Below are positions 30,987 to 45,500 of a stretch of 64,000 nt of DNA, one piece after another. The stretch is from the NCBI RefSeq assembly GCF_009914755.1, contig NC_060940.1. The stretch is one strand, 5' to 3'. Source of the stretch: the human T2T-CHM13v2.0 reference genome, Homo sapiens. Position 1 is the first letter of the stretch, and each line of letters starts with the position of its first letter. The notes below the pieces were generated by a model. It worked only from the letters and a program-made list of their open reading frames with translations. It had not been told where the DNA came from and ran no database searches. A program made the position numbers and the translations under genes.

Positions 30987-33900
30987 GTGATTCCATTCGA
31001 GTACATTAGATGATTCCATTCGATTCCATTCAATGATGATTCTATTTGTGTCCCTTAGATGATTCCACATGATTCCATTAGATGATGATACTATTTGAGC
31101 CCATCCAATGATTCCCTTCGATTCCATTCGATGAGGATTCCATTCGATTCAATTCATTGGTGATTCTATTCAATTCAATTCTTTGATTCCATTCCATTCC
31201 ATTCGACAATGATTCCATTCGATTTCTTTCGATGATTCCACTCGATTCCACTTGACATTGATTCCATTCGATTCCATTCAATGATTCCATTTGATTCCAG
31301 TGGATGATGATTGCCATCGATTCCATTCGATCACTCCATTCTATTCCATTTGATGATGATTACATTCGATTCCATTTGATGATTCCATCTGATTCTATTC
31401 GAGGATTCCATTTGATTCCATTCGATGATGATTCCATTCGAGTCCATTCGATGATTTCATTCGAGTACATCCAATGATTCCATTCGAGTCCATTAGATGA
31501 TTCCATTTGATTCCATTTGAAAATGATTCTACTAGAGTCCATTCAATGACTCCATTCGAGTCCATTCAACAATTCCATTCGACTCCATTCGATGATTCCA
31601 TTCGATTCCATTTGATGGTTCCATTCGAGTCCATTTAATCATTACAGTCGAGTCCATTTGTTGATTCCACTGGATTTCTTTTGATAATGATACCATTCAA
31701 TTACATTTGATGATGATCCCATTCAACTTCATTTGATGATGATTCCATTAGAGTCCATTCGATGATTTCATTCGAGTCCCTTCATTGATTCCATCCGATT
31801 TCATTGGATGATGACTCCATTCGAGTCCATTCGATGATTCCACTCGATTCCATTAGATGACTCCATTGGAGTCCATTTGATTGTTCCATTCGATTCCATT
31901 CGATTCCTTTCGAAGATTATTCCATTTGAGTCCATTCGATGATGATTCCATTCCATTCCATTCGATGATTCCGTTTGATTCCATTCGATGATTCCCTTCG
32001 ATTCCTTTCTTTGATGATTCCATTCCATTCCATTCAATGATTCCATTCGAATCTATTCCATGATGATTCCTTTCGATTCCATTCGCTGATGTTTCCGTTC
32101 AATTCCATTCGATGATGATTCCATTCGATTCCATTCATTGAGGATTCCATTTGATTCCATTCAATGATGATTCCATTCTATTCCATTCAATGATTGCATT
32201 CAATTCCATTCAATGATTATCCCCTTAGAGTAAACTCAACGATTCCATTCAATACCATTCGATGATGATTCCTTTTGAGTCCATTCAATGATTTCATTCA
32301 AGTCCATTTGATGATTCCTTTCAATTCCATTCTATGATGATTCCATTCGAGTCCATTCGATGATTCCATTCGATTGCATTCGATGATTCCATTATATTAC
32401 ATTCAACGGTGATTCCATTCGAGTCCATTCCATGATTCCATTAGAGTACATTTAATGATTGCTTTGTTTTCAATTCGAAGATGATTACATTGGATTCCAT
32501 TCTATGATACCATTCGATTCCATTCAATGATGATTCCACTCAAATCCATTGGATGATTCCATTCGTGTCCATTCGGTGATTTCATTAGATTCCATTCGAG
32601 GATGATTCCATTCGATTCCATTCGATGATTCCATTCAATTCCATTCGATGATGATTCCATTCCAGTCCATATGATCATTCCATTTGATTTCATTCGATGA
32701 TGATTCCATTCTATTCCATTCGATGATGATTCCATTCGAGTCCATTCGATGATTCCATTCGAGTCCATTTAATGATTCCATTGGGTTCAATTCAATGATG
32801 ATTACATTGGATTCCGTTCTATGATTCCATTCAATTCCATTCATTGACAATTTGATTCCATTCGATGATGATTCCATTTGAGTTCATTCGATGATTCTAT
32901 TCGATTCTCTTCGATGGTGATTCAATTCTATTATATTGGATGATTCCATTCGATTCCATTTGATGTTGATTCAATTCGATTCTATTCGATGATGATTCCA
33001 TTGGATTTCACTTGATGATTCTATTCGATTCCATTCAATGATGATTCACTTCTCGTCCATTGGATGATTCCATTTCATTCCATTCGATGATGATTCCATT
33101 CGATTCCATTCGATGATTCCATTTGATTCCATGCGACGGTGAGCAATTCGATTCAATTCCATGATGATTCTATTTGATTCAATTAGATGATGTTTCCATT
33201 CGAATCCATTCCATGATTATTCCATTGGAATCCATTCGGCGATGATTCCATATGAGTCAATTCAATGATGATTCCATATGGGTCCGTTCGATGATAATTC
33301 CATTTGATTTCATTCGATGCTTCTATTCAATTCCAGTCGATGATGATTCCGTTGGAGTCCATACGATGATTCCATTTGATTTCATTTGATGATGATTCCA
33401 TTCGATGATGATTACATTGGATTCCATTCTATGATTCCATTCAATTCCATTCGTTGATGATTCGATTCCATTCAATGATGATTCCATTTGAGTTCATTCG
33501 ATGATTCTATTCGATTCCGTTCGATGGTGATTCAATTCTATTATATTGGATGATTCCACTCGATTCCATTTGATGATTATTCCATTGGAGTCCCCTTAGT
33601 GAATCCTTTAGATTCTACTCGACGATGATTCCATTCGAGTCCATTCGATGATACCATTCAATTCCATTCGTTGATGCTTCCATTCAAGTGCATTTGATGA
33701 TATCATTCGATTCCATTTGATGATAATTCCATTTGATTCCATGCGATGATTCTATTCGATTCCATTCAATGATAATTCCATTCAATTCAGTGATTCCTCT
33801 GGACTCCATTTGATGATGATTCCATTCAATGATTCCATTCGATTCTATTCGAAAATGATTCCATTTGAATCCATTTGATGATGATTCCATTAGATTCCAT

Positions 33901-36900
33901 TTGATGATTCCATTCGATTCCATTCGACGATGATTCCATTCGATTCCGTTTGATGATTCCATTCTATTCTATTCGATGATGATTCCATTCGATTCCATTC
34001 GATGATGATTGGATTCGATTCCATTTGATGATTTCATTTGATTCCATTCGTTAATGATTTCGATCAATTCCATTCGATGATTCCATTCGATTCCATTCGA
34101 TAATGATTACATCCGAGTCCATTCGATGATTCCCTTTGAGCCTGTTCGATAATTCCATTTGAGTCCAACCAATGATTCCATTCATTTCCATTCAATGATT
34201 CCATTCGAGTCCATTTGATCATTCCGGTAGGGTCCATTCGATGTTGATTCCATTGGAGTGCATTCGATGATTCCATTCGAGTCCATTTTAGGATTTGATT
34301 CGAGTCCTTTCGATGATTCCATTCGATTCCACTCGATGATGATTTCATTCGAGTCCATTCGACACTTCCAATCGATTCCATTTGATGATTCCATTCGAGT
34401 CCAATTGATGATTCCATTCAATTCCATTCGATGATGATTCCGTACGATTCCATTCTGTGATGATTCCATGTGATTGCATTCAATGATGATTCCTTTCGAT
34501 TGCATTCGATTATGATTCATTTCGTGTTCATTCTATGGTTCCACAGGTTTCCATTCGTGTCCATTCCATTATTCCATTCTATTCCATTTGATGATGATTC
34601 CATTCGATTCCATTCATTGGTGATTCCACTCAATTCCATTCAATGATTCCATTCCATTTCTTTCAACAATGATTCCATTAGTTTCTAATCGATGATCCAC
34701 TTGATTCCATTTGACGACGATTCCATTCTTGTCCATTCGATGATTCCATTTGATTCCATATGATGATGATTCCATTCGATTCCATACCATGATGATTCCA
34801 TTCGAGTCCATTCAATGGTGATTCCATTCAATTCCATTCGATGATTCCTTTCGATTCCATTCGATGATGATGGCATTCGATTCCTTTCAATCATTCCCTT
34901 TGATTGCATTCAAAGGTGATTTCATTCAAGTCCATTCGATAATTGCATTCGATTCCATTCTATGATGATTCCATTCGAGTCCATTTGATGATTCCATTCA
35001 ATTCAAGTCAATGATGATTCCATTCGATTCCATTCGATGATTCCATTGGATTCCATTCGATGATGATTCCATTCAAATCCATTCGATAATTCAATTCAAG
35101 TCCATTCGATGATGATTCCAATCGAATCCATTCAAAGATTCCATTCAGTTCCATTCGATGATTCCCTTAGATTCCATTCGATGATTCCACTTGATTCCAT
35201 TTACGATGATTCCATTCGATTCCATGTGATGATTCCATTCAATTCTATTCAATGATGTCTCCATTTGATTCCATTCGACCATGATTGCCTTTGATTCCAT
35301 TCAATGATTCCATTCGGTTCCGTTTGATGATGATTCCGTTCGATTCCATTTGATGATTCCATTGGATTCCATTGGATGAGTCCATTCGATTACATTCGAT
35401 GATTATTCCATTCGAGTGCATTAGATGATTCCATTCGAGTCCATTCGATGATTCCATTCGATTCCATTCGATGTTGATTCTGTTCAAATCCATTCGATGA
35501 TTCCACTCGATTCCATTCGTTGACTCCATTTGATCCCATTCGATGATTTCCTTTGATTCCCTTTGATGATCATTCCATTTGATTCAATTCGGTGATTTCA
35601 TTTGATTCCATTCAGTGATGTTTCCATTCGACTCCATTCGATGATGATTCCATTCGACTCCATTCGATTATGATTTCATTCAATTCCATTCGATAATGAT
35701 TCCCTTCGAGTCCATTCGATGATTCCATTCGATTCCATTCAACGATGTTTTGATTCGTGTCCATTCGATGATTCCATTTGATTCCACTTGATGATGATTC
35801 CATTCGAGTCCATTTGATGATTCCATTCAATTCCATACTCCGATGATTTCTTTTGATCCCACTCAATGCTTCCACTCGATTCCATATGATGATGACTCCA
35901 TTCGATGAAATTCGATGATGATTCCATTCGCTTGCTTTCGATGATGATTCCACTTGAGTCCGTTAGAAGATTCTATTCAATTACATTCCATGACGATTCC
36001 GTTCGAGTCCATTTGATGATTCCATTAGACTCCATTCGACGATGATTCCATTCGATGTTATTCGATGATTCCATTCGATCTCATTCGATGATGATTCCAT
36101 TCAACTCCATTCGATGTTTCCATTCGAGTTCATTCTATTATTCCATTAGATTCCATTCGATGATGATTCCATTCGATTCCATTTGATGATTGCATTCTAT
36201 TTCATTTGATGATGATTCCATTCGAGTCCACTCGATGATTCCATTCGAGTCCATTTAATGAATCCATTGGTTTCAATTCTATGATGATTACATTGGATTC
36301 CATTCGTTGATGATTTCATTCGGTTCCATTCAATGATGATTCCATTCAATTCCTTTCAATGTTTCCATTCAATTCCATACGATGATGATTCCATTTGATT
36401 TGATTCGACAGTGAGCCATTCGATTCAATTCCATGATGATTCTATTTGATTCAATTGGTTGACATTTCCATTCGATTCCATTCGATGATGATTCCCTTTG
36501 ATTCCGTTCAAAGTTGATTCCATTCTAGCCCATTCAATCATTCCATTCGATTCTATTCAATGATGATTCCATTCATGTCGATTTGGTGATTCCATTTGAC
36601 TTCATTTGATGATGATTCCTTTCAAGTTCATTAGATGATTCCATTCGATTCCATTTGATGATGATCCCATTCGAGTCCATTCAGTGATTCCATTCGTTTC
36701 CATTCCATGATGATTCCATTCCTTTCCATTCAATGATTCCATTCGATTCTGTTTGATGATGATTTCATTCGAGTCCATTTGATGATTCCATTTGATTCCA
36801 TTCGATGATGATTCCATTCGAGTCCATTCGATGATTCTATTCGAATCCATTTGATGATTTCTTTTGATTATATTTGGTGATGATTCCATTGGAGTCCATT

Positions 36901-37075
36901 CAATGATTCCATTCTATTCCAATCGATGATGATTCCATTAGAGTCCATTTAATGATTCCATTTGATTCCAGTCTCTGATGATTACATTCGAGTCCATACG
37001 ATGATTCCACTCAATTCCATATGATGATGATTCCATTTGATTCCATTCGGTGATTCCATTCTATTCTATTCAATG
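30987..37075 (+). repeat. 6.1 kb HOR unit 6 (6,089 bp; one 23-bp module deleted near 32705)
   Basis: Landmark at 30987 and 37076. At ~32700 it reads gatgatgattccattctattcc where other units have gatgatgattccattcgattccattcga(c/t)gattccattctattcc. Confidence 0.94.
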
Positions 37076-38858
37076 GTGATTCCATTCGAGTACATTAGAT
37101 GATTCCATTCGATTCCATTCAATGATGATTCTATTTGTGTCCCTTAGATGATTCCACATGATTCCATTAGATGATGATACTATTTGAGCCCATCCAATGA
37201 TTCCCTTCGATTCCATTCGATGAGGATTCCATTCGATTCAATTCATTGGTGATTCTATTCAATTCAATTCTTTGATTCCATTCCATTCCATTCGACAATG
37301 ATTCCATTCGATTTCTTTCGATGATTCCACTCGATTCCACTTGACATTGATTCCATTCGATTCCATTCAATGATTCCATTTGATTCCAGTGGATGATGAT
37401 TGCCATCGATTCCATTCGATCACTCCATTCTATTCCATTTGATGATGATTACATTCGATTCCATTTGATGATTCCATCTGATTCTATTCGAGGATTCCAT
37501 TTGATTCCATTCGATGATGATTCCATTCGAGTCCATTCGATGATTTCATTCGAGTACATCCAATGATTCCATTCGAGTCCATTAGATGATTCCATTTGAT
37601 TCCATTTGAAAATGATTCTACTAGAGTCCATTCAATGACTCCATTCGAGTCCATTCAACAATTCCATTCGACTCCATTCGATGATTCCATTCGATTCCAT
37701 TTGATGGTTCCATTCGAGTCCATTTAATCATTACAGTCGAGTCCATTTGGTGATTCCACTGGATTTCTTTTGATAATGATACCATTCAATTACATTTGAT
37801 GATGATCCCATTCAATTTCATTTGATGATGATTCCATTAGAGTCCATTCGATGATTTCATTCGAGTCCCTTCATTGATTCCATCCGATTTCATTGGATGA
37901 TGACTCCATTCGAATCCATTCGATGATTCCACTCGATTTCATTAGATGACTCCATTGGAGTCCATTTGATTGTTCCATTCGATTCCATTCGATTCCTTTC
38001 GAAGATTATTCCATTTGAGTCCATTCGATGATGATTCCATTCCATTCCATTCGATGATTCCGTTTGATTCCATTCGATGATTCCCTTCGATTCCTTTCTT
38101 TGATGATTCCATTCCATTCCATTCAATGATTCCATTCGAATCTATTCCATGATGATTCCTTTCGATTCCATTCGCTGATGTTTCCGTTCAATTCCATTCG
38201 ATGATGATTCCATTCGATTCCATTCATTGAGGATTCCATTGGATTCCATTCAATGATGATTCCATTCTATTCCATTCAATGATTGCATTCAATTCCATTC
38301 AATGATTATCCCATTAGAGTAAACTCAACGATTCCATTCAATACCATTCGATGATGATTCCTTTTGAGTCCATTCAATGATTTCATTCAAGTCCATTTGA
38401 TGATTCCTTTCAATTCCATTCTATGATGATTCCATTCGAGTCCATTCGATGATTCCATTCGATTGCATTCGATGATTCCATTATATTCCATTCAACGGTG
38501 ATTCCATTCGAGTCCATTCCATGATTCCATTAGAGTACATTTAATGATTGCTTTGTTTTCAATTCGAAGATGATTACATTGGATTCCATTCTATGATACC
38601 ATTCGATTCCATTCAATGATGATTCCACTCAAATCCATTGGATGATTCCATTCGTGTCCATTCGGTGATTTCATTAGATTCCATTCGAGGATGATTCCAT
38701 TCGATTCCATTCGATGATTCCATTCAATTCCATTCGATGATGATTCCATTCCAGTCCATATGATCATTCCATTTGATTTCATTCGATGATGATTCCATTC
38801 GATTCGATTCGACGATTCCATTCTATTCCATTCGATGATGATTCCATTCGAGTCCATT
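37076..38858 (+). repeat. Truncated HOR unit 7 (first ~1.78 kb), ending at a junction that skips 1,204 bp
   Basis: Colinear with the canonical unit to ~38855, then continues with sequence from canonical offset ~2990. The MNHNR ORF start lies at offset 2352 here versus 3556 in unit 2. Confidence 0.9.
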
Positions 38859-39509
38859 TGATGATTCCATTCTATTCTATTCGATGATGATTCCATTCGA
38901 TTCCATTTGATGATGATTGGATTCGATTCCATTTGATGATTTCATTTGATTCCATTCGTTAATGATTTCGATCAACTCCATTCGATGATTCCATTTGATT
39001 CCATTCGATAATGATTACATCCGAGTCCATTCGATGATTCCATTTGAGCCCGTTCGATAATTCCATTTGAGTCCAATCAATGATTCCATTCATTTCCATT
39101 CAATGATTCCATTCGAGTCCATTTGATCATTCTGGTAGGGTCCGTTCGATGTTGATTCCATTGGAGTGCATTCGATGATTCCATTCGAGTCCATTTTATG
39201 ATTTGATTCGAGTCCTTTCGATGATTCCATTCGATTCCACTCGATGATGATTTCATTCGAGTCCATTCGACACTTCCAATCGATTCCATTTGATGTTTCC
39301 ATTCGAGTCCAATTGATGATTCCATTCAATTCCATTCGATGATGATTCCGTACGATTCCATTCTGTGATGATTCCATGTGATTGCATTCAATGATGATTC
39401 CTTTCGATTGCATTCGATTATGATTCATTTCGTGTTCATTCTATGGTTCCACAGGTTTCCATTCGATGACGTTTCCGTTCGTGTCCATTCCATTATTCCA
39501 TTCTATTTC

Positions 39510-42500
39510 ATTTGATGATGATTCCATTCGATTCCATTCATTGGTGATTCCACTCAATTCCATTCAATGATTCCATTCCATTTCTTTCAACAATGATTCC
39601 CTTAGTTTCTATTCGATGATCCACTTGATTCCATTTGGCGATGATTCCATTCGTGTCCATTTGATGATTCCATTTGATTCCATATGATGATGATTCCATT
39701 CGATTCCATACCATGATGATTCCATTCGAGTCCATTCAATGGTGATTCCATTCAATTCCATTCGATGATTCCTTCCGATTCCATTCGATGATGATGGCAT
39801 TCGATTCCTTTCAATCATTCCCTTTGATTCCATTCAAAGGTGATTTCATTCAAGTCCATTCGATAATTGCATTCGATTCCATTCTATGATGATTCCATTC
39901 GAGTCCATTTGATGATTCCATTCAATTCAAGTCAATGATGATTCCATTCGATTCCACTCGATGATTCCATTGGATTCCATTCGATGATGATTCCATTCAA
40001 ATCCATTCGATAATTCAATTCAAGTCCATTCGATGATGATTCCAATCGAATCCATTCAAAGATTCCATTCAATTCCATTCGATGATGATTCCCTTAGATT
40101 CCATTCGATGATTCCACTTGATTCCATTTACGATGATTCCATTCGATTCCATGTGATGAATCCATTCAATTCTATTCAATGATGTTTCCATTTGATTCCA
40201 TTGGACCATGATTGCCTTTGATTCCATTCAATGATTCCATTCGGTTCCATTTGATGATGATTCCTTTCGATTCCATTTCATTATTCCATTTGATTCCATT
40301 GGATGAGTCCATTCGATTACATTCGATGATTATTCCATTCGAGTGCATTAGATGATTGCATTCGAGTCCATTCGATGATTCCATTCGATTCCATTCGATG
40401 TTGATTCTGTTCAAATCCATTCGATGATTCCACTCGATTCCATTCGATGACTCCAGTTGATCCCATTCGATGATTTCCTTTGATTCCCTTTGATGATCAT
40501 TCCATTTGATTCAATTCGGTGATTTCATTTCATTCCATTCAGTGATGTTTCCATTCGACTGTATTCGATGATGATTCCATTCGACTCCATTCGATTATGA
40601 TTTCATTCAATTCCATTCAATAATGATTCCCTTCGAGTCCATTCGATGATTCCATTCGATTCCATTCAACGATGATTTGATTCGTTTCCATTCGATGATT
40701 CCATTTGATTCCACTTGATGATGATTCCATTCGAGTCCATTTGATGATTCCATTCGAGTCTATTTATGTATTATATTCGTGTCCACTTCATGATTCCATT
40801 CAATTCCATTTAATGTTGATTCCATTTGATTCCATTTGATGATTCAGTTCGATTCCTTGCAATGATTCCCTACGATTCCTTTCTCTGATGATTCCATTCG
40901 ATTCCATTCATTGATGATTTCATTCGACTCCATTCGATGATGATTCCTTTCGATTCCATTTGACGATGTTTCCATTCGAGTCCATTCGATGATGATTCTA
41001 TTCAATTCTGTTCTATTATGATTCCATTCGATTTCATTCAATGCTTCTATTTGATTCCATTCGATGATGATTCCATCTCTTTCCCTTCGATGATTCCATT
41101 TGATTCCATTCAGTGATGATTCCATTTGATTCCATCTGATGATGATTTCACTTGATTCCTTTCAATGATGATTCAATTCAAGTCCATTCTATGATTCCAT
41201 TGGAGTCCAAACGATCATTCCGTTCGATTCCATTCAATGGTGATTCCATTCATGTCCATTCGATGAATCCATTCAATTCCATTCGATGATGACTCCATTC
41301 GAGTACATTCGATGATTCCATTTGATTCCATTTGAAGATGATTCCATTCAATTCCATTCGAAGATGATTCCATTCAATTCCATTCGATGATGATTCCGTA
41401 TGAATCCATTCTCTGATTATTCCATTCGATTCCATTCATTGACGATTCCATTCAATTCCATTCAATGATGATTCTCTTCTATTCCATTCGATGATTCCGG
41501 TCGATTCCATTCGATGATGATTCCATTAGATTCCATTCGATTGTTGCATTCGATTCCCTTCGATGATGATTCCTTTGAATTCCATTCGATTATCATTCCG
41601 TATGAATCCATTTGATGATTATTCCATTGGATTCCTTTCAATGATGATTCCATTCGATTCCATTTGATGATGTTTCTCTTGTATTCCACTGGATAATTCC
41701 TTTCAGTTCCCTTCGATGATTATTCTTTCGAGTCAATTCGATGATTCTATTCCATTCCCTTCGATGATGATTCCATTTCACTCCATTTGATGATTCCATT
41801 CGACTCAATTTGGTGATGATTCAATTCGATGACATTCGATGACTCCATTCAATTTCATTTGATGATGATTACATTCGAGTCCATTTGATGATTGTATTCC
41901 TTTCCTTTTGATGATTATTCCATTCGTGTCTATTCAAAGGTTCCATTCTATTCCATTCAATGATGATTGCATTTGATTCCATTCAATGATTATGGCTATC
42001 GATTCCACTCGTTGATTCCATTTGATTCCGTTCGATGATTATTCCGTTAGATTCCATTAGAAGACTCCATTCGATTTTATTCAATGATTCCAATGGATTC
42101 CATTCAATGATGATTCCATTCGACTCCATTCAGTGATTCCATTCGAGTCCATTTGATGATTCCATTCTTTTCCATTTGATGATGATTCCATTAGGGTCCA
42201 TTCAATGATTCCATTCGAGTCCATTCGTTAATGCTTTTCGAGTCCTTTTGATCACTACATTCGAGTCCATTCAATGATTCTATTCGATTCCATTCCATGA
42301 TGATTCCATTCGAGTTCATTCGATGATTGCATTCGAGTCCATTTGATGATTCCATATGATTCCCTTCGACAATGATTCCATTCGTGTCCATTTGATGATT
42401 CCATTCATTTCCTATCGATGAAGATTCCGTTCGAGTGTATTCGATGATTCCATTCAAATCCATTCGATGATGATTCCATTCCAGTCCATTCGATCATTCC

Positions 42501-45500
42501 ACTTGATTCCATTTGATGACTATTCCATTCAAATCCATTTGATGATTCCATTCGATTCCATTCGATGTTACCATTCGAGTATATACGATGATTCCACTCG
42601 ATTCCATTTGATGATTATTCCATTGGAGTCCACTTAGTGAATCCTTTAGATTCTACTCGAAGATGATTCCATTCGAGTCCATTCGATGATACCATTCAAT
42701 TCCATTCGTTGATGCTTCCATTCAAGTGCATTCGATGATATCATTCGATTCCTTTTGATGATAATTCCATTTGATTCCATGCGATGATTCTATTCGATTC
42801 CATTCAATGATAATTCCATTCAATTCAGTGATTCCTCTGGACTCCATTTGATGATGATTCCATTCAATGATTCCATTCGATTCTATTCGAAAATGATTCC
42901 ATTTGAATCCATTTGATGATGATTCCATTGGATTCCATTTGATGATTCCATTCGATTCCATTCGATGATGATTCCATTCGATTCCTTTTGATGATTCCAT
43001 TCTATTGTATTCGATGATGATTCCATTCGATTCCATTCGATGATGATTGGATTCGATTCCATTTGATGATTTCATTTGATTCCATTCGATAATGATTTCG
43101 ATCAATTCCATTCGATGATTCCATTCGATTCCATTCGATAATGATTACATCCGAGTCCATTCGATGATTCCATTTGAGCCCGTTCGATAATTCCATTTGA
43201 GTCCAATCAATGATTCCATTCATTTCCATTCAATGATTCCATTCGAGTCCATTTGATCATTCCGGTAGGGTCCGTTCGATGTTGATTCCATTGGAGTGCA
43301 TTCGATGATTCCATTCGAGTCCATTTTAGGATTTGATTCGAGTCCTTTCGATGATTCCATTCGATTCCACTCGATGATTTCATTCGAGTCCATTCGACAC
43401 TTCCAATCGATTCCATTTGATGTTTCCATTCGATTCCAATTGATGATTCCATTCAATTCCATTCGATGATGATTCCGTACGATTCCATTCTGTGATGATT
43501 CCATGTGATTGCATTCAATGATGATTCCTTTCGATTGCATTCGATTATGATTCATTTCGTGTTCATTCTATGGTTCCACAGGTTTCCATTCGATGATGTT
43601 TCCATTCGTGTCCATTCCATTATTCCATTCTATTCCATTTGAAGATGATTCCATTCGATTCCATTCATTGGTGATTCCACTCAATTCCATTCAATGATTC
43701 CATTCCATTTCTTTCAACAATGATTCCATTAGTTTCTATTCGATGATCCACTTGATTCCATTTGACGATGATTCCATTCATGTCCATTCGATGATTCCAT
43801 TTGATTCCATATGATGATGATTCCATTCGATTCCATACGATGATGATTCCATTCGAGTCCATTCAATGGTGATTCCATTCAATTCCATTCGATGATTCCT
43901 TTCGATTCCATTCAATGATGATGGCATTCGATTCCTTTCGATCATTCCCTTTGATTCCATTCAAAGGTGATTTCATTCAAGTCCATTCGATAATTGCATT
44001 CGATTCCATTCTATGATGATTCCATTCGAGTCCATTTGATGATTCCATTCAATTCAAGTCAATGATGATTCCATTCGATTCCACTCGATGATTCCATTGG
44101 ATTCCATTCGATGATGATTCCATTCAAATCCATTCGATAATTCAATTCAAGTCCATTCGATGATGATTCCAATCGAATCCATTCAAAGATTCCACTCAAT
44201 TCCATTCGATGATGATTCCCTTAGATTCCATTCGATGATTCCACTTGATTCCATTTACGATGATTCCATTCGATTCCATGTGATGATTCCATTCAATTCT
44301 ATTCAATGATGTTTCCACTTGATTCCATTCGAACATGATTGCCTTTGATTCCATTCAATGATTCCATACGGTTCCATTTGATGATGATTCCATTCGAGTG
44401 CATTAGATGATTCCATTCGAGTCCATTCGATGATTCCATTCGATTCCATTCGATGTTGATTCTGTTCAAATCCATTCGATGATTCCACTCGATTCCATTC
44501 GATGACTCCATTTGATCCCATTCGATGATTTCCTTTGATTCCCTTTGATGATCATTCCATTTGATTCAATTCGGTGATTTCATTTGATTCCATTCAGTGA
44601 TGTTTCCATTCACCTCCTTTCGATGATGATTCCATTCGACTCCATTCGATTATGATTTCATTCAATTCCATTCGATAATGATTCCCTTCAAGTCCATTCG
44701 ATGATTCCATTCGATTCCATTCAACGATGATTTGATTCGTGTCCATTCGATGATTCCATTTGATTCCATTTGATGATGATTCCATTCGAGTCCCTTTGAT
44801 GATTCCATTCAATTCCATTCTCCGATGATTTCTTTTGAGCCCATTCAATGCTTCCACTCGATTCCATATGATGATGACTCCATTTGATGAAATTCCATGA
44901 TGATTCCATTCGCTTGCATTCGATGATGATTCCACTTGAGTCCGTTAGAAGATTCTATTCAATTACATTCCATGACGATTCTGTTCGAGTCCATTTGATG
45001 ATTCCATTAGACTCCATTCGACGATGATTCCATTCGATGTTATTCGATGATGATTCCATTCAACTCCATTCGATGTTTCCATTCGAGTTCATTCTATTAT
45101 TCCATTAGATTCCATTCGATGATGATTCCATTCGATTCCATTTGATGATTGCATTCTATTTCATTTGATGATGATTCCATTCGAGTCCATTCGATGATTC
45201 CATTCGAGTCCATTTAATGAATCCATTGGTTTCAATTCTATGATGATTACATTGGATTCCATTCGTTGATGATTTCATTCGATTCCATTCCATGATGATT
45301 CCATTCAATTCCATTCAATGATTCCATTCAATTCCATACGATGATGATTCCATTTGATTTGATTCGACAGTGAGCCATTCGATTCAATTCCATGATGATT
45401 CTATTTTATTCAATTGGTTGACATTTCCATTCGATTCCATTCGATGATGATTCCATTTGATTCCATTCAAAGATGATTCCATTCTAGCCCATTCAATCAT

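Noticed and set aside
40760-40780. AT-rich tatttatgtattatatt as a TATA box or promoter
   Set aside because: It is explicable as a mutated module (ccattcgatgattccatt-like), and there is no supporting context for promoter function.
40756-42586. Block X as a mobile element insertion
   Set aside because: It is itself HSat2-type sequence, without terminal repeats, poly(A) tail, short target-site duplication or coding capacity.
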